DNA of 64,000 bases from Candidatus Latescibacterota bacterium (GTDB lineage Bacteria; Latescibacterota; UBA2968; UBA8231): positions 4,096,001 through 4,160,000 of the forward strand of contig OZ253462.1 of NCBI GenBank assembly GCA_965261395.1. The letters run 5' to 3'. The position numbers and the translations under genes were made by a program. Below the pieces are notes generated by a model, which was given only the letters and a program-made list of their open reading frames with translations, did no database searches and had not been told where the DNA came from. Shown piece by piece: positions 48,802-60,395 of the stretch; position 1 is the first letter of the stretch, and each line of letters begins with the position of its first letter.

Positions 48802-50455
48802 CCTCCTTAGCGCGTTCAGGTACGGCTGCGGTGCTTGGTGCTGCCGGTTCCTCCTCGCCGTAGGGATAGGCTTCCCAAGTAACTATCGGGATGGCTTCAA
48901 AGTTGTGGGCTGTGGGAGGCGAGGGGATGTCCCATTCGAGACCCTTGGCTTGGAACGGATTGGCGGGGGCCTTTTCCCCTTTGAATAGGGACCAGAGGAG
49001 ATAGAAGATGGTCAGCGAGAAGCCCAGCCCGAGGACGGTGGCACCCGCGGTGGACATGATGTTGAGGGCTTGCCATTCCTCGGGATAGGCGTGATAGCGC
49101 CGAGGCATTCCCAAGTAACCCAAGATAAATTGCGGAAAGAAGGTCAAGTTGAAGCCGGCGAAGACGAACATGACGCCGAGCTTGGCCGCCCCTTCCGAGT
49201 ACATGCGCCCGGTCATTTTGGGCCACCAAAAATGCAGGCCGCAGAGGAACCCCATGACCATGCCGCCCACCATGACATAGTGAAAGTGGGCGACCACGAA
49301 GTAGGTATCGTGGAGATGGACGTCTATGCCCAAGGTGGAGAGGAACAGGCCCGTCAGGCCGCCGATAGTGAAAAGGCCGATAAAGCCCATCACGTAGAGC
49401 ATAGGCGAGTCTAGCTTAACCGAGGCTTTGTGGAGGGTGAAAGACCAGTTGAAAATTTTGATGGCCGTGGGTACGGCGATGAAGAAGGTGATGAAGGAAA
49501 AGACCATGCTGGCATAGGTGGATTGGCCCGATACGAACAAATGGTGGCCCCAGACGAGAAAGCCGAGGACGGCGATGGCCAGCGAGGAAAAAGCCACAAA
49601 GGAATAGCCGAAAACGCGCTTGCGCGAGAAGCAAGCTACGACTTCGCTGATGACGGCAAAACCCGGCAGGATCATGATATACACGGCCGGATGCGAGTAA
49701 AACCAGAACATGTGCTGGAAGAGCACGGGGTCGCCGCCGTAATTGGGGTCGAAAATGCCGATTTTGAAGAGGCGCTCAAAGCAGACCAGCAATAAGGTGA
49801 TGGCCACCACCGGGGTGCCTAGGACCTGGATCAGGCTGGTGGCGTAGTGCCCCCAAATAAAAAGCGGCAAGCGGAACCACGTCATACCCGGGGCCCGCAT
49901 CTTGTGGATGGTGACCATGAAGTTGACCCCGGTGAGGATCGAAGAGAAGCCGTTGATAAAGACGCCGACTAAGGCTAAGGAAACGAACGAAGTGGAGTAC
50001 GTACTGCTATAAGGCGTGTAAAAGGTCCAACCCGTATCAATGCCACCCATGAGGATGGCCAGCACGGCGAAGGCTCCGCCGATGACGTAGAGGTAGTAGC
50101 TCAGGAGATTCAGGCGGGGGAAGGCCACATCGCGGGCACCGATTTGCAGCGGGATGAAAAAGTTGCCCAACACCGCCGGGATCGAGGGGATCAGAAAGAA
50201 GAAGATCATCACCACCCCGTGCATGGTGAAGAGCTTGTTGTAGGTCTCGGCCTCGACCAAATCGCCTTTGGGCGTCATCAGTTCAAAGCGGATCATACTG
50301 GCGAAAAGGCTGCCGGCCAAGAAGAAGACCGCCAGCGTTATCAAGTAGAGGATGCCGATGCGCTTGTGGTCTAGGGTCAGGAGCCAGGACTTGATGCCGT
50401 AGGTTTCGTTGAGATAGTTTTTTGGCTCGCCGTTGGCGCTCGCTGCGTGGCTCAT
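48788..50455 (-). CDS. ctaD: Cytochrome c oxidase subunit I, type A2
   Basis: [27 protein letters not shown]. Confidence 0.96.
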   Translation of the reverse strand: MSHAASANGEPKNYLNETYGIKSWLLTLDHKRIGILYLITLAVFFLAGSLFASMIRFELMTPKGDLVEAETYNKLFTMHGVVMIFFFLIPSIPAVLGNFFIPLQIGARDVAFPRLNLLSYYLYVIGGAFAVLAILMGGIDTGWTFYTPYSSTYSTSFVSLALVGVFINGFSSILTGVNFMVTIHKMRAPGMTWFRLPLFIWGHYATSLIQVLGTPVVAITLLLVCFERLFKIGIFDPNYGGDPVLFQHMFWFYSHPAVYIMILPGFAVISEVVACFSRKRVFGYSFVAFSSLAIAVLGFLVWGHHLFVSGQSTYASMVFSFITFFIAVPTAIKIFNWSFTLHKASVKLDSPMLYVMGFIGLFTIGGLTGLFLSTLGIDVHLHDTYFVVAHFHYVMVGGMVMGFLCGLHFWWPKMTGRMYSEGAAKLGVMFVFAGFNLTFFPQFILGYLGMPRRYHAYPEEWQALNIMSTAGATVLGLGFSLTIFYLLWSLFKGEKAPANPFQAKGLEWDIPSPPTAHNFEAIPIVTWEAYPYGEEEPAAPSTAAVPERAKEDEVV

Positions 50456-51396
50456 GGCTGGGTAACCTCGGATTCGCTCAGGGATTTGATATAGGACGCG
50501 ATTTGCAGTAGCGACTGCTCGCTGATCTGCCCCTCGAAGATGGGCATAATCGGCTCGTACCCGGCGACGATCTTGGCCGTGGGCTGGAGTATGGACTCGC
50601 GGATATAGTCGCTATCGACGACGATCTCCTGCCCATTGCTGAGCGTTACCGGTTTGTCGTAAAGCCCGACCAGCGAAGGGCCGCGTCCCGTGGCCGTGGA
50701 TTTGTGGCAGGTCTCGCAGCCGAGTTTCTGGAACTGGCGTTCGCCCGCCTCGACCATGGATTCGCCGCTGGACGCTCCCATCAGCCAGTCGTGGTAATCC
50801 GCTGGCTCTAAGACGATCACCTTGCCGATCATACCCGAATGTTGGGTGCCGCAATACTCAGCGCAAAACAAGTGGAACTCGCCCGTCTGCGTGGCCTCGA
50901 ACCACAGGGTCGTGTAGCGCCCGGGCAACACGTCGTTTTTGACGCGGAAGGCCGGGATGAAAAAGTCGTGGATTACATCCTCTGAAGTCATGGTCAGGCG
51001 GACGGGCTGGCCCTTGGGCACGTGCAGGGTATTGATCTCGCGCTTGCCCGATTCGTGTTGGATTTTCCACATCCACTGCTTGCCGACCGCGTAGATCTCC
51101 AAAGGATCGGACGGAGGCCGCTGGAGCCGGAAGAAGACATCGGCCCCGAGCAAAAAGACAAAAAGCGAGAGGAAGAGCGGGATGATGGTCCAAGACAGTT
51201 CGAGGACGAGATTGCCGTGAGTTTGCTCGGGCTGTTCGTCTTCAGAGCGGCGGCGGTACTTGATGGCGAAGATAATCACCATGCCGAAGACAAGCAGGCA
51301 GAAGACCACAGTCAAGACGAGCAAGAATGCGTACAGAGCGTCTACTTGCCAGGCGATGGTGGAGGCTTGGGCGGGAAAAAGTGGAAAGTCGGACAT
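50452..51396 (-). CDS. ctaC: Cytochrome c oxidase subunit II with fused cytochrome c (caa3)
   Basis: [16 protein letters not shown] CuA site, C-terminal CETCH. Confidence 0.94.
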   Translation of the reverse strand: MSDFPLFPAQASTIAWQVDALYAFLLVLTVVFCLLVFGMVIIFAIKYRRRSEDEQPEQTHGNLVLELSWTIIPLFLSLFVFLLGADVFFRLQRPPSDPLEIYAVGKQWMWKIQHESGKREINTLHVPKGQPVRLTMTSEDVIHDFFIPAFRVKNDVLPGRYTTLWFEATQTGEFHLFCAEYCGTQHSGMIGKVIVLEPADYHDWLMGASSGESMVEAGERQFQKLGCETCHKSTATGRGPSLVGLYDKPVTLSNGQEIVVDSDYIRESILQPTAKIVAGYEPIMPIFEGQISEQSLLQIASYIKSLSESEVTQP

Positions 51397-51414
51397 GCGG
51401 TTCAAGGCTCCGAA

Positions 51415-52254
51415 CTAGTTGAGCTGAGGCTGGTGCAGATTGTTGCGGCGCTCCCGCTTGAGCATGGCGATGATAAAGATCGCGAGAGCCAGCACAGTAA
51501 TCAGCCCACCGATGCGCAGGGAATTGCGGATGTAGAGACCGTATTTACCGGTCATTGGGTCGTAGCTATAGCAAAGCAGCAGCAGTTGATCGACCGGATT
51601 GCCGATGGCACCGTCGGCTGCTTCGACGAGACCCCAGCGCAAGTCGCGCGGGGGGTAGTCAATGCCGTAGAAATAGCGCGCCAGTTTGCCTTCTGGCGTC
51701 AGTACCATCAAGCCGCTGGCGTGGATGTACTGGTCGGTGTCTTCGTCGTATTCGTAGCGAAAGCCGACGGCTGCGGCTAGCTGTTCGATCTGGTCCTGCT
51801 CGCCGGTGAGGAAGTGCCAGCCCGTAGAACCATCGCGGCCGCGGTAGTTTTTGCTGTACTCGGCTTTTTTGGTCGCGGCCAATTCTGGTGTTTCCCCGGG
51901 ATCGATGCTGATAGTCAAGACGTCGAAATCCGTTCCAATGCCAAAACTCAGCACGTTCATCGCCCGCAAGAGGCTGTTCAGCACTTGGGTGCAGAGCATG
52001 GGGCACTCGTAGTACGCTAAGGTGAGTACGACGGGCTTTTTGCCGAAGTATTGGCGCAGCGAGGTGCGCTCACCGCTAGAGTCGGTGAATTCGAGATCCA
52101 AGGGGATCTGGTCGCCTAATTTCTGGTCGATGCCGATGCGCTGTTGTAGCTGCTGGGTATAGCTCTGCGCCCCGGTCTGGCCGGCTAGCAAAAGCGGCAG
52201 AGTCAACGCCAAAAAGATCGCGCTCCGAGCGAATGTCGTTGTAGCTCCGCTCAT
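51415..52254 (-). CDS. SCO family copper chaperone
   Basis: YYECPMLC, HASG; located within the oxidase operon. Confidence 0.9.
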   Translation of the reverse strand: MSGATTTFARSAIFLALTLPLLLAGQTGAQSYTQQLQQRIGIDQKLGDQIPLDLEFTDSSGERTSLRQYFGKKPVVLTLAYYECPMLCTQVLNSLLRAMNVLSFGIGTDFDVLTISIDPGETPELAATKKAEYSKNYRGRDGSTGWHFLTGEQDQIEQLAAAVGFRYEYDEDTDQYIHASGLMVLTPEGKLARYFYGIDYPPRDLRWGLVEAADGAIGNPVDQLLLLCYSYDPMTGKYGLYIRNSLRIGGLITVLALAIFIIAMLKRERRNNLHQPQLN

Positions 52255-52643
52255 GGTGTCGCCGGATCGATGAGTTGTATTTTGCCCTCGCTCACCAGAT
52301 CGATTGCTCGCTCGATGGGAATGTGTACTACCTGCACTTGTTGGTCAATCCAGCCATAGGAGCCGAGGAGCGCGGCTTCGCTTTGGGCCAACTCGGACTT
52401 TTGCTTTGGCGGGTCCACCTGTAGCCGCGGTGCGTCGCTGACAATGCGGTTGTCGACCAGCGGCGGGACCGGATCGTCGAAGAGCGGCTGGTAATAGGCG
52501 AAAACCCTGAATAAGACGATCATGCTGACAAAGGAAACGATGACTAACGCGGCAATAAAAAGGCCGGTCTGTGCCAGCGGCGTTACCCGCGCATCCGTCG
52601 TCTCGTAGCCGGAGTTGGTTTGATTGTGTGCTTGTTCAGCCAT
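52251..52643 (-). CDS. ACIII-associated membrane protein (ActG-like)
   Basis: Single TM helix, PRLQ..P, YGWID...HIPIERAI; position after actF. Confidence 0.7.
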   Translation of the reverse strand: MAEQAHNQTNSGYETTDARVTPLAQTGLFIAALVIVSFVSMIVLFRVFAYYQPLFDDPVPPLVDNRIVSDAPRLQVDPPKQKSELAQSEAALLGSYGWIDQQVQVVHIPIERAIDLVSEGKIQLIDPATP

Positions 52644-53871
52644 GATTGCTTTCGCCGCTGTAGAGGTCTGCAAAGCGGGGGTCGTTTTGCGCGATCAGGG
52701 AGCGTTTTTTTAGTTGCGCGAAGAAAAGCGCAATGACGATGCCGCCGATGCCTATTGGAATGGCTAGGTCGAGCCAGTGTAGGGTGATCCCGGTGCTGTG
52801 GAAGCTCGGCCCCTTCTCGGCGTGGACCTTGGTAAAGGCCGGTGCCGTGATCCAGTACAAATCGACCAAGCGCATCAAAATCAAGCCGGCGGCAATGGTG
52901 CCGAGGAGCTTGGTTTTGGACTTCATGGTGCTGGATATGAGAAACAGAAAGGGGACGGCAAAGTGAAACAGCAGCAGCCCGTAGGCGATGTATTGCCAGC
53001 CACCCTCCAAACGGGTCATGTACCAGGTGATCTCCTCGGGCAAATTAGCCGACCAGATGATGATCAACTGGGAAAACGAAGTGTATGCCCAGAGCATGAC
53101 GCAGGCTAGCATAAAGGTGCCCAAGTCGCGCAGGTGCTGCTCGGTGATCACGCCCTGTAGCGGTTCCTGCCGCGAGAGGGGGACGGCGATGAGGTACGTG
53201 AACCCCCAGGCCATCAGCCCCATGCCTATGATGTAGATGATGCCGAAGATCGTCGAGAACCAATGCGGCTCAAGCGACATCAGCCAATCAATCGAGGCTA
53301 GCGTCGCGGTAAGAAAGAAAATGACGATGCCGGGCCCGCTCAGGACCTGCAAGCGGTGGGTCGGGTGGGTTGCCGTCGTTTGATCCTGCTGCAGCGACCA
53401 GCGGTTGAGCAAGAAGGTAAACAGTCCCCAGATGGCGAAGTAGAGCACGGTGCGTACGATAAAGAAAGGCTCGTTGAGATAGGGGACCTTTTGCTTGAGG
53501 ATGTCGTCTTCTTGCACTACGCTCTGGTGCGTCCACTCGTAGAGGTCGTGCAGTCCGAAGAAGAGGATCGGCAGCGATAGCAGAAACATCAGCGGCAAGG
53601 TACGGGTCCCGGCTTCGAGCAAGCGCCGAATCGAAAACCCCCAAGTGCCACCGCCGACGTGGTGGATCATGAGGATGCCCATGCAGCCCAAGGGCAGGCC
53701 GATCCAGAAGGTAAAGGCCAGCAAATAAGAGCGGAAGAACTGCTCCTCGGCGGTGAAGTAGCCGACCGCAGTGGCGGCCAAGCCGACCAAGCCCACGACC
53801 AGCGCGCGACGCTGGAGGTTGTCTAAATAAGGATGTAGGGCAGCGGACTGTTGGGTAATCGACTCGTTCAT
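52636..53871 (-). CDS. actF: Alternative complex III membrane subunit F
   Basis: Polytopic; DWLMSLEPHWFSTIFG, SQLIIIWSANLPEE. Confidence 0.88.
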   Translation of the reverse strand: MNESITQQSAALHPYLDNLQRRALVVGLVGLAATAVGYFTAEEQFFRSYLLAFTFWIGLPLGCMGILMIHHVGGGTWGFSIRRLLEAGTRTLPLMFLLSLPILFFGLHDLYEWTHQSVVQEDDILKQKVPYLNEPFFIVRTVLYFAIWGLFTFLLNRWSLQQDQTTATHPTHRLQVLSGPGIVIFFLTATLASIDWLMSLEPHWFSTIFGIIYIIGMGLMAWGFTYLIAVPLSRQEPLQGVITEQHLRDLGTFMLACVMLWAYTSFSQLIIIWSANLPEEITWYMTRLEGGWQYIAYGLLLFHFAVPFLFLISSTMKSKTKLLGTIAAGLILMRLVDLYWITAPAFTKVHAEKGPSFHSTGITLHWLDLAIPIGIGGIVIALFFAQLKKRSLIAQNDPRFADLYSGESNHG

Positions 53872-54452
53872 TGAAGTTGCCTTTGGTCCTCGGCCGGCAA
53901 TTGGTCGAATTCGAGGTTCTGACTTAGCTGTAGCACCTTGATATAGGCGACGATGGCCCAGCGGTCGGCCACGGGAATGCGGGAGGCGTAGCTATACATG
54001 ACGCCAAAGCCGTTGGTCATGACATCGAAAAAGTGGCCGACGGGCACTTCGCGCAGCCGCTCTTGGTGATAACTTGGCGGCTGTTTAAGCCCCCGCTGGA
54101 CGATCATGCCGTTACCTGAGCCGGTCTTGTCGTGGCAGGGGGAGCAGAAAATGTTGAAGCGTTCCCTGCCGCGTTCTAGTAGCTGGCGGTCAACTGCCAT
54201 CGGCAAGGTCGCCGCGAGTTGGCCTTGTATTTTGCCTTGGTAGAAGTGCTCGTCGAGCCTTAATTGGCCCTGCGCCACGGTGCCGTCAACCTGTGAGCGG
54301 AAAGACATGCCGTCGGCGAAGAAGGCTGAGGCCTCTAGCGGCTCGTATTTTTCTTGGTCGTACATGGCCTGCCGCAGCTCGCAACCGGCGGTGCCAATCA
54401 GCAACAGCACCGCTCCCAACAGGGCCGCGGGCCGTCGGCTAGCGATGGTCAT
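53868..54452 (-). CDS. actE: Alternative complex III monoheme cytochrome c lipoprotein
   Basis: Lipobox TAGC, CSPCH, DRWAIVAY. Confidence 0.88.
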   Translation of the reverse strand: MTIASRRPAALLGAVLLLIGTAGCELRQAMYDQEKYEPLEASAFFADGMSFRSQVDGTVAQGQLRLDEHFYQGKIQGQLAATLPMAVDRQLLERGRERFNIFCSPCHDKTGSGNGMIVQRGLKQPPSYHQERLREVPVGHFFDVMTNGFGVMYSYASRIPVADRWAIVAYIKVLQLSQNLEFDQLPAEDQRQLQ

Positions 54453-54453
54453 T

Positions 54454-54999
54454 TCACTTTTCAACTTCGACAACCTCATGCGGATTCAGGCCGCGCAGAA
54501 AGTCCTCGGTTTTTTGGCGGTCGAACAGGGGATCCTCGGCCTCGATGCTGAGAAAGAAGCGATCTTGGCTGGCGCGGGCGAAATTGGGCGCGTTGAAGAC
54601 CGGGTGATAGAGCTGGGGCAGACCGTTGGCGATGAACATGCCAAAGGCCGAACTAAGCGCGGCAAAGAGAATGGTCAACTCAAAGGTCACCGGGATGAAC
54701 ATCGGCCCGCTGTGCAAGGGCTTGCCGGCGATATTGAGCGGATAGTCTACGGCCGAGACCCAATAGCACAGGGAGTAGCCCGTGATGGCACCGAGCAGGC
54801 CAAAGGCGAAAACCAGCCAGGGTAACTTGGTGCGTGGAAAGCCGATGGCCGCGCCCAAGCCGTGGATGGGCATGGGCGAATAGCCGTCGATCTTGCGATA
54901 GCCAGCGGCGAAGGTCGCCTTGGCCGCGGCCAGCAAGTCGTCGGGGGATTCAAATTCGGCCAGCAGGCCGTAGTGCGTTGATTCTTCGTGCTGCAACAT
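54454..54999 (-). CDS. actD: Alternative complex III subunit D (DUF3341)
   Basis: YSPMPIHGL, YPLNIAGKP, FELTILF. Confidence 0.9.
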   Translation of the reverse strand: MLQHEESTHYGLLAEFESPDDLLAAAKATFAAGYRKIDGYSPMPIHGLGAAIGFPRTKLPWLVFAFGLLGAITGYSLCYWVSAVDYPLNIAGKPLHSGPMFIPVTFELTILFAALSSAFGMFIANGLPQLYHPVFNAPNFARASQDRFFLSIEAEDPLFDRQKTEDFLRGLNPHEVVEVEK

Positions 55000-55011
55000 A
55001 AGTTCAATGGC

Positions 55012-56385
55012 TCACTTGTGGTCTCCAGAGGCCAGCAGATTGCGGATCTCGTGGATGGAAATCATCGGTAGGCCGCGGATGAACAGAAAAAACAGGACGA
55101 TGAACAGGCCTATGGTCCCCACGTAGATGGCGATGTCCCAAATCGTCGGGTGGAACATGTCCCAAGAAGAGGGCATAAAATCCCGGTGTAGGCTCGTGAC
55201 GACGATGATAAAGCGCTCTAACCACATGCCGACGTTGATGAACTGAGAAATGAAAAATAGCCAGAACATGCTCGTGCGGAAGTGCCTAAACCACAGGAGC
55301 TGCGGCACGATTATGTTGCAGACAATCAAGGCCCAGTAGAAGGGGCCGTACGGGCCATGCATGCGGTTTTGCATCATATAGCCCTCGAAGGCACTAGCGC
55401 TGTACCAGGCGATGAGTTGCTCCATGAAGTAGCCATAGCCCACAATCAGCCCGGAAGCCAACATGACTTTGGCCATGTTGTTTAGATGGCGCTCGGTTAT
55501 GAAGTCGTCCAAGCCATAGATGAGGCGCATGGGGATCATCAAGGTCAGCACCATGGCAAAGCCCGCGTAGATTGCCCCGGCAACGAAATAGGGGGGGAAT
55601 ATGGTCGTGTGCCACCCGGGTATCAGGCTGACGGCAAAGTCGAGACTGACGATGCTGTGGACAGAGAGCACGAGGGGCGTGGAGAGGCCGGCCAGCAGGA
55701 GGGACGCCATTTCGTAGCGCTCCCAGTGAATGGCCGAGCCGCGCCAGCCGAGCGCGAACACGCCGTAGAGGACTTGGGCGATGCGATTTTTGGCGCGGTC
55801 GCGCAGGCTCGCCAAGTCTGGGACCAAGCCAACAAACCAAAAGACCAGCGACACCGTCAAATAGGTCGAGACCGCGAAGACGTCCCAGATCAGCGGGCTG
55901 CGGAACTGTGGCCAGATGTCCATGGAGTTGGGATAGGGCAACAGCCAATAGCAGGCCAACCAGGGCCGCCCCGTGTGAAAGAGCGGAAACTGCGCGGCGC
56001 AGAGCACGGCAAAGATGGTCATGGCCTCTGCCGCGCGGTTTATTGAGGTGCGCCACCGCTGCCGGAACAGCAGGAGAATCGCCGAGATCAGGGTACCGGC
56101 GTGACCGATACCGATCCACCAGACAAAATTGATGATGGCCCAACCCCAGCCCACCGGGTTGTTGAGGCCCCAGATGCCCACGCCCTCAAAGAGCAGGTAG
56201 GGAACGCCTATCATGAACCCGTGCAGCAGCAGAAAGCCCACAGCAAAGCAGAGGAACCACGCCAGCGGGGTGTTTCTGGTGAGGACGATCCCACTGATCT
56301 TGTCGGTTATTGAGGTGTACGAGGTCTGGCTCGGGCCGAGTTCCGACACTGGGGGGCGATAAGGCGTTTTCGCAGTCTCGGACAT
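55012..56385 (-). CDS. actC: Alternative complex III NrfD/PsrC-type subunit C
   Basis: [44 protein letters not shown]. Confidence 0.93.
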   Translation of the reverse strand: MSETAKTPYRPPVSELGPSQTSYTSITDKISGIVLTRNTPLAWFLCFAVGFLLLHGFMIGVPYLLFEGVGIWGLNNPVGWGWAIINFVWWIGIGHAGTLISAILLLFRQRWRTSINRAAEAMTIFAVLCAAQFPLFHTGRPWLACYWLLPYPNSMDIWPQFRSPLIWDVFAVSTYLTVSLVFWFVGLVPDLASLRDRAKNRIAQVLYGVFALGWRGSAIHWERYEMASLLLAGLSTPLVLSVHSIVSLDFAVSLIPGWHTTIFPPYFVAGAIYAGFAMVLTLMIPMRLIYGLDDFITERHLNNMAKVMLASGLIVGYGYFMEQLIAWYSASAFEGYMMQNRMHGPYGPFYWALIVCNIIVPQLLWFRHFRTSMFWLFFISQFINVGMWLERFIIVVTSLHRDFMPSSWDMFHPTIWDIAIYVGTIGLFIVLFFLFIRGLPMISIHEIRNLLASGDHK

Positions 56386-56386
56386 C

Positions 56387-59368
56387 CTAAGCCTCAGCAA
56401 TTTTTGGATTGGGGTTTTTGATACCTGCTAAATAGGTGGTGCGAGGCCGCGTGTTTAACTCGGTTAGGATGCCGTAGTTGAGCGGGGACTCCTTGAGGGC
56501 GGTGACCCGGCTCTCGGGGTCGTTGATGTCTCCGAAGACGATGGCTTCGGTGGGGCAGGCCTGTTCGCAGGCGGTGGTGATCTCACCGTCGCCTATGGTC
56601 CGACTGGCTTTTTTGGCCTCAATCCGCGCTTGATTGATGCGCTGGACGCAGTACGTGCATTTTTCCATTACGCCGCGGGAGCGCGTGGTGACATCCGGGT
56701 TGCGCTGTAGTTTTAAGCTCTCGGTATCACGGTCGGCGTATTGGAGGAAGTTGAAGCGCCGAACCTTGTAGGGGCAGTTGTTGGCGCAGTAGCGGGTGCC
56801 GACGCAGCGATTGTAAACCATGTCGTTGAGGCCCTCGTCGCTATGAGTTGTCGCCGCGACCGGGCAAACCAATTCGCAAGGGGCGTTTTCGCACTGCATG
56901 CACGGCACGGGCTGGTGCACGATCTGGGGGTTGTCGAGCGAACCCTTGTAGTAGCGATCGATGCGGATCCAAGGCATTTCGCGGCCGTTGAGGACCTCGT
57001 CCTTGCCCACGATGGGGATGTTGTTTTCGGCTTGGCAGGCCGTCGCACACGCATTGCAGCCAGTGCAGGCCCCTAGATCGATGACCATCCCCCAGGCGTA
57101 ACCCGTGTATTGGTGATCTGTGCGGTTGTGCAGCGTCAAGTCATCGGGCGGGTCGTGGGCACCCTCGTGGGCAAAGTGCGGATGCTCCTTATAGTAGTCC
57201 AGCGAGGCTTGGCGGACGAAGTTGCGGCCCTCCATGGTCTGGTGATCTTGGGTGCAGGCGAGGCGATAGCCGTCGTACGAGCCGTTGATCTGTAGGCCGA
57301 CGCCGCTCCACAAGGCTGCCGTAGGGCGCAGGGCATAGGCATTGAAGCCCGTGTCGCGCCCGACTCGGCCACTGCGCTGCTGGCCGTAGCCCAAGTGCAA
57401 GGTGACGACGCCGTCGGCTTGGCCGGGCACGATCCAAACCGCGGCATTGATTGCGCGCCCATCAAAGCGCAACTCGGCGAGGAATTCTTTCTTAAGCCGC
57501 AGGCGCTCGGCCGTGGCCGGGCTGACGAGGGCGGCGTTGTCCCAAGTTAGCTTGGTGATGGGCTTCGGGGTTTCTTGGAGCCAAGCGTTGTTGGCAAAGC
57601 GGCCGTCCCACACTAGGGGATCGGGCCGAAAGTGGATTTCAAGATCTTCTTCGGCGGGAAGGTTTCCAGTTGTTGTCGGCAGGTGCAGCGGACCTAGCTG
57701 CACGGATTGGGCTTGGGGGCGTGCGCCCTCGACGAAGCCGTCATGCAGTGCGCGGCGCCAAGCAATGGCGTCTAGCCCTTGGCCCTCCCAGTACTGGCGC
57801 ACGATTTCGAGATCGGGGACCCCGGGCTGGCCGGTGAGCACCGCCAAGAGGTCGTGCACTGATTTGCTCTTGTAGAGCGGGCGAATCAGCGGCTGGACGA
57901 TCGTGGCGAGGCCGTCGTGGGCGCGGGTGTCGCTCCAAGCTTCGAGAAAATGCGATTCCGGGATGTGCCAGTGGCAGAGTTCCGACGTTTCGTTGTCGTA
58001 CAGGCCGAGGTGAACGCGGTAGCCGACTTTGTCGAGCGCAGCAGCAAAGCCGAGATCCACGGGCGCGTCGTACACCGGATTGCCGCCGAGGATGAACAGG
58101 GACTCGACTTGGCCGGCGTTCATGTCGGTGACTAAAGCGGACAGCGACTCGCGCTGGTCTACCGACTCAATTTCGAGGGGCTCGGTGTAGTGTACGGTTG
58201 CGCCTGCATTGCCTAGGGCGTGGTTGATCGCATGGGCCAACGCGTGGACGGCTGGGGCCTGCTGGTCTCCAGCGAGCACGAGGCTTTGGCCTCGGTGGGC
58301 CTTTAGATCGTCGACTAGGGCCGCAATCCAAGCGTCGTGGGTGGAGAAGTCAGTGGGAACGCTCGGTCCCTCCCAGCCGATGCCAAGCTCTTGGGCCACC
58401 TTCAGGGCCAAGGCTTCGATGTGTGCCGTGCCCAGGGCCAAGCGGTGATCGGCTACGCTGCCCGTGGCCGTTGGGCTGCTCTCGACCGCGTAGAGTCGGT
58501 TGCTGGCCTTGGAGCCGTCGCGGACCCTGCGACCGGCCGCGAAATCTCGAGCGTGGCGGACATTGCCGGCACCGCTGTAGGTAAAGTCCGCGTCCAGCGA
58601 TAGAATGACCTTGGCTTTGGCTAAGTCGTAAGACGCATGGACCGGCTCGCCAAACGCCATTTGGGCCCCGGCGCGAGCGTTGTCGCGATTGACCGGTTCG
58701 TACTGGTGCCACTGGGCTTGGGGAAATTTGTCCCGCAGGGCCTGCAACTGGTGCCCGAGAGTCGGAGAAGTCACCGTTTGGGTCAGGATGCGCAGGCCAG
58801 CGCCGCCGTTGGCCTCGTGCGCGCTCAGCCGCTGGGTCAGATCGGCTAGGAAGATGCTCCAAGCGCTGATGCGACCGGCGTTTTTGATCGTTTGCGAGCG
58901 GTCGGGGTCGTAGAGGTCGAGGATCGAAGCCTGGACGAGCGCATTGGAGCCTTTGCTACCGGAGGGATGCGCGGCGTTGCCTTCGATTTTAGTCGGCCGC
59001 CCCATGTGGCTCTCGACCAAAATGCCCATTCCAATACCCCCAAGCGAGGTGGCGGAAGCAAAGTACTGAGGCTTGCCGGGGATGACATCTTCGGGGGCTC
59101 TGACCTGGGGGACGATTTTTTCTCTGGGCTGAATCGTACAGCCCGAAAGCCCGCCCAGTGCCAGCGATGCACTCATGAGCTTGAGAAAATTCCGCCGACT
59201 TACCGGATCCTTCAACTCGGCAGCTTGCTCGGGGAACTCGCGCTGGACCATGGCGGCGAATTCTTCGGTTTGGGCCAATTGGTCCAAGCTGCGCCAGTAC
59301 TCTTGACCCTGTGCGTCTTCGAGGCGGGCGCGGATGGCCGAGAGATCGATGTTTTTTCTGGTTTCCAT
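56387..59368 (-). CDS. actB: Alternative complex III subunit B (TAT-exported molybdopterin-fold + Fe-S domain)
   Basis: YWRSL...[41 protein letters not shown]. Confidence 0.94.
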   Translation of the reverse strand: METRKNIDLSAIRARLEDAQGQEYWRSLDQLAQTEEFAAMVQREFPEQAAELKDPVSRRNFLKLMSASLALGGLSGCTIQPREKIVPQVRAPEDVIPGKPQYFASATSLGGIGMGILVESHMGRPTKIEGNAAHPSGSKGSNALVQASILDLYDPDRSQTIKNAGRISAWSIFLADLTQRLSAHEANGGAGLRILTQTVTSPTLGHQLQALRDKFPQAQWHQYEPVNRDNARAGAQMAFGEPVHASYDLAKAKVILSLDADFTYSGAGNVRHARDFAAGRRVRDGSKASNRLYAVESSPTATGSVADHRLALGTAHIEALALKVAQELGIGWEGPSVPTDFSTHDAWIAALVDDLKAHRGQSLVLAGDQQAPAVHALAHAINHALGNAGATVHYTEPLEIESVDQRESLSALVTDMNAGQVESLFILGGNPVYDAPVDLGFAAALDKVGYRVHLGLYDNETSELCHWHIPESHFLEAWSDTRAHDGLATIVQPLIRPLYKSKSVHDLLAVLTGQPGVPDLEIVRQYWEGQGLDAIAWRRALHDGFVEGARPQAQSVQLGPLHLPTTTGNLPAEEDLEIHFRPDPLVWDGRFANNAWLQETPKPITKLTWDNAALVSPATAERLRLKKEFLAELRFDGRAINAAVWIVPGQADGVVTLHLGYGQQRSGRVGRDTGFNAYALRPTAALWSGVGLQINGSYDGYRLACTQDHQTMEGRNFVRQASLDYYKEHPHFAHEGAHDPPDDLTLHNRTDHQYTGYAWGMVIDLGACTGCNACATACQAENNIPIVGKDEVLNGREMPWIRIDRYYKGSLDNPQIVHQPVPCMQCENAPCELVCPVAATTHSDEGLNDMVYNRCVGTRYCANNCPYKVRRFNFLQYADRDTESLKLQRNPDVTTRSRGVMEKCTYCVQRINQARIEAKKASRTIGDGEITTACEQACPTEAIVFGDINDPESRVTALKESPLNYGILTELNTRPRTTYLAGIKNPNPKIAEA

Positions 59369-59371
59369 GTT

Positions 59372-60028
59372 TTAGCGATGGCAGATAGAGCAGTTGGTGA
59401 GTTGGCTGGTCTGCACGCCGTATTCGGCGACGAGTTGCGCACCCAAGCTTTCTTGGTCGGCTGGATACTGGTAGTTCATGTTAAAGACGTGGTCGCGCGG
59501 GCGGATGTACTGGGCGGGATCGCGGTGGCAATCGAGGCACCACTCCATATTCAGCGATTCGGCTTTCCACATCAGGGGCATTTGATCGACTTGGCCGTGG
59601 CACGACTGGCAGCCAATGCCTTGGCTGACGTGGATGCTGTGGTTGAAATAGGCGAAGTCGGGCAAGTCGTGGACGCGATTCCACTCGAGGGGCACATTGT
59701 CACGGAAGCTGGCGCGCACGGGCTCGAGGATGGGGGCTTCGGTCCAGATCTGCGAGTGGCAGGTCATGCAGGTTTCGGTCGGGGGAATGCCGGCAAAAGC
59801 GCTTACCTCGACGGTGGTGTGGCAATAGCGGCAGTCGATGCCCATGCCGGTGACGTGGTGTTTGTGGCTAAAGGGAACGGGCTGATCGATGGCCACGTTG
59901 ACTTGGTTGACAAAGTAAATGCGATTGATGTTGAGTACGATACCGAGGATACTGGCGACTAGGACAAGGCCGACGAGGATGCTGGCCTTAGAAGCCCAGT
60001 TAGCACTGCGCGGGAATACTTGAGCCAT
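59372..60028 (-). CDS. actA: Alternative complex III pentaheme cytochrome c
   Basis: Five CxxCH motifs (CRYCH, CMTCH, CQSCH, CLDCH, CSICH); N-terminal TM helix. Confidence 0.93.
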   Translation of the reverse strand: MAQVFPRSANWASKASILVGLVLVASILGIVLNINRIYFVNQVNVAIDQPVPFSHKHHVTGMGIDCRYCHTTVEVSAFAGIPPTETCMTCHSQIWTEAPILEPVRASFRDNVPLEWNRVHDLPDFAYFNHSIHVSQGIGCQSCHGQVDQMPLMWKAESLNMEWCLDCHRDPAQYIRPRDHVFNMNYQYPADQESLGAQLVAEYGVQTSQLTNCSICHR

Positions 60029-60093
60029 ATTTTTCAGTTTAGCTGAGGTTGTAGAAAGCTAGTCTTAGCTTTATTCGGCCAAAACAGTCTTGT

Positions 60094-60121
60094 AAATTAG
60101 GCCAGTTTAATCTGCTGTCAA
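60094..60121 (-). promoter_or_regulatory. Putative promoter of the act-cta operon
   Basis: TTGACA-16 bp-TAATTT. Confidence 0.45.
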
Positions 60122-60214
60122 CAGATTCGGTATAAAAATCCGGAGCGTTTGACTTTGGGTTTCTCGCGGTATGCGGTATAATATGAATAGTGTTCCTTTG
60201 CGTCCCTTCCTATA

Positions 60215-60288
60215 GCCCCCGTAGCTCAGCAGGATAGAGCAACAGATTCCTAATCTGTGGGTCGGCGGTTCGAATCCGCCCGGGGGTA
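60215..60288 (+). tRNA. tRNA-Arg(CCU), CCA not encoded
   Basis: Cloverleaf, ttCCTaa anticodon loop, GGTTCGAATCC. Confidence 0.96.
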
Positions 60289-60395
60289 GTTCATTTCTGC
60301 ACTACCGGCTGCCCCTCAGGCAGTTACGGTCGTGCAGCACATTCCCACCTAGCAGCGAATTATATATAACTCAGGTCAATAGGTTGCGCATTGAG

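Noticed and set aside
56387-59368. Catalytic molybdoenzyme
   Set aside because: Context and architecture match ActB, which has the fold but is known to lack the molybdenum cofactor.
60149-60182. TTGACT...TATAAT promoter for tRNA-Arg
   Set aside because: The spacer is 22 bp; the -10 box may be real but the pair is not canonical.
60297-60337. Hairpin after tRNA-Arg whose core ctgcccctcaggcag matches the sigma leader hairpin at 14/15
   Set aside because: Short and self-complementary, so a chance match is plausible; no U-tract to support a terminator.
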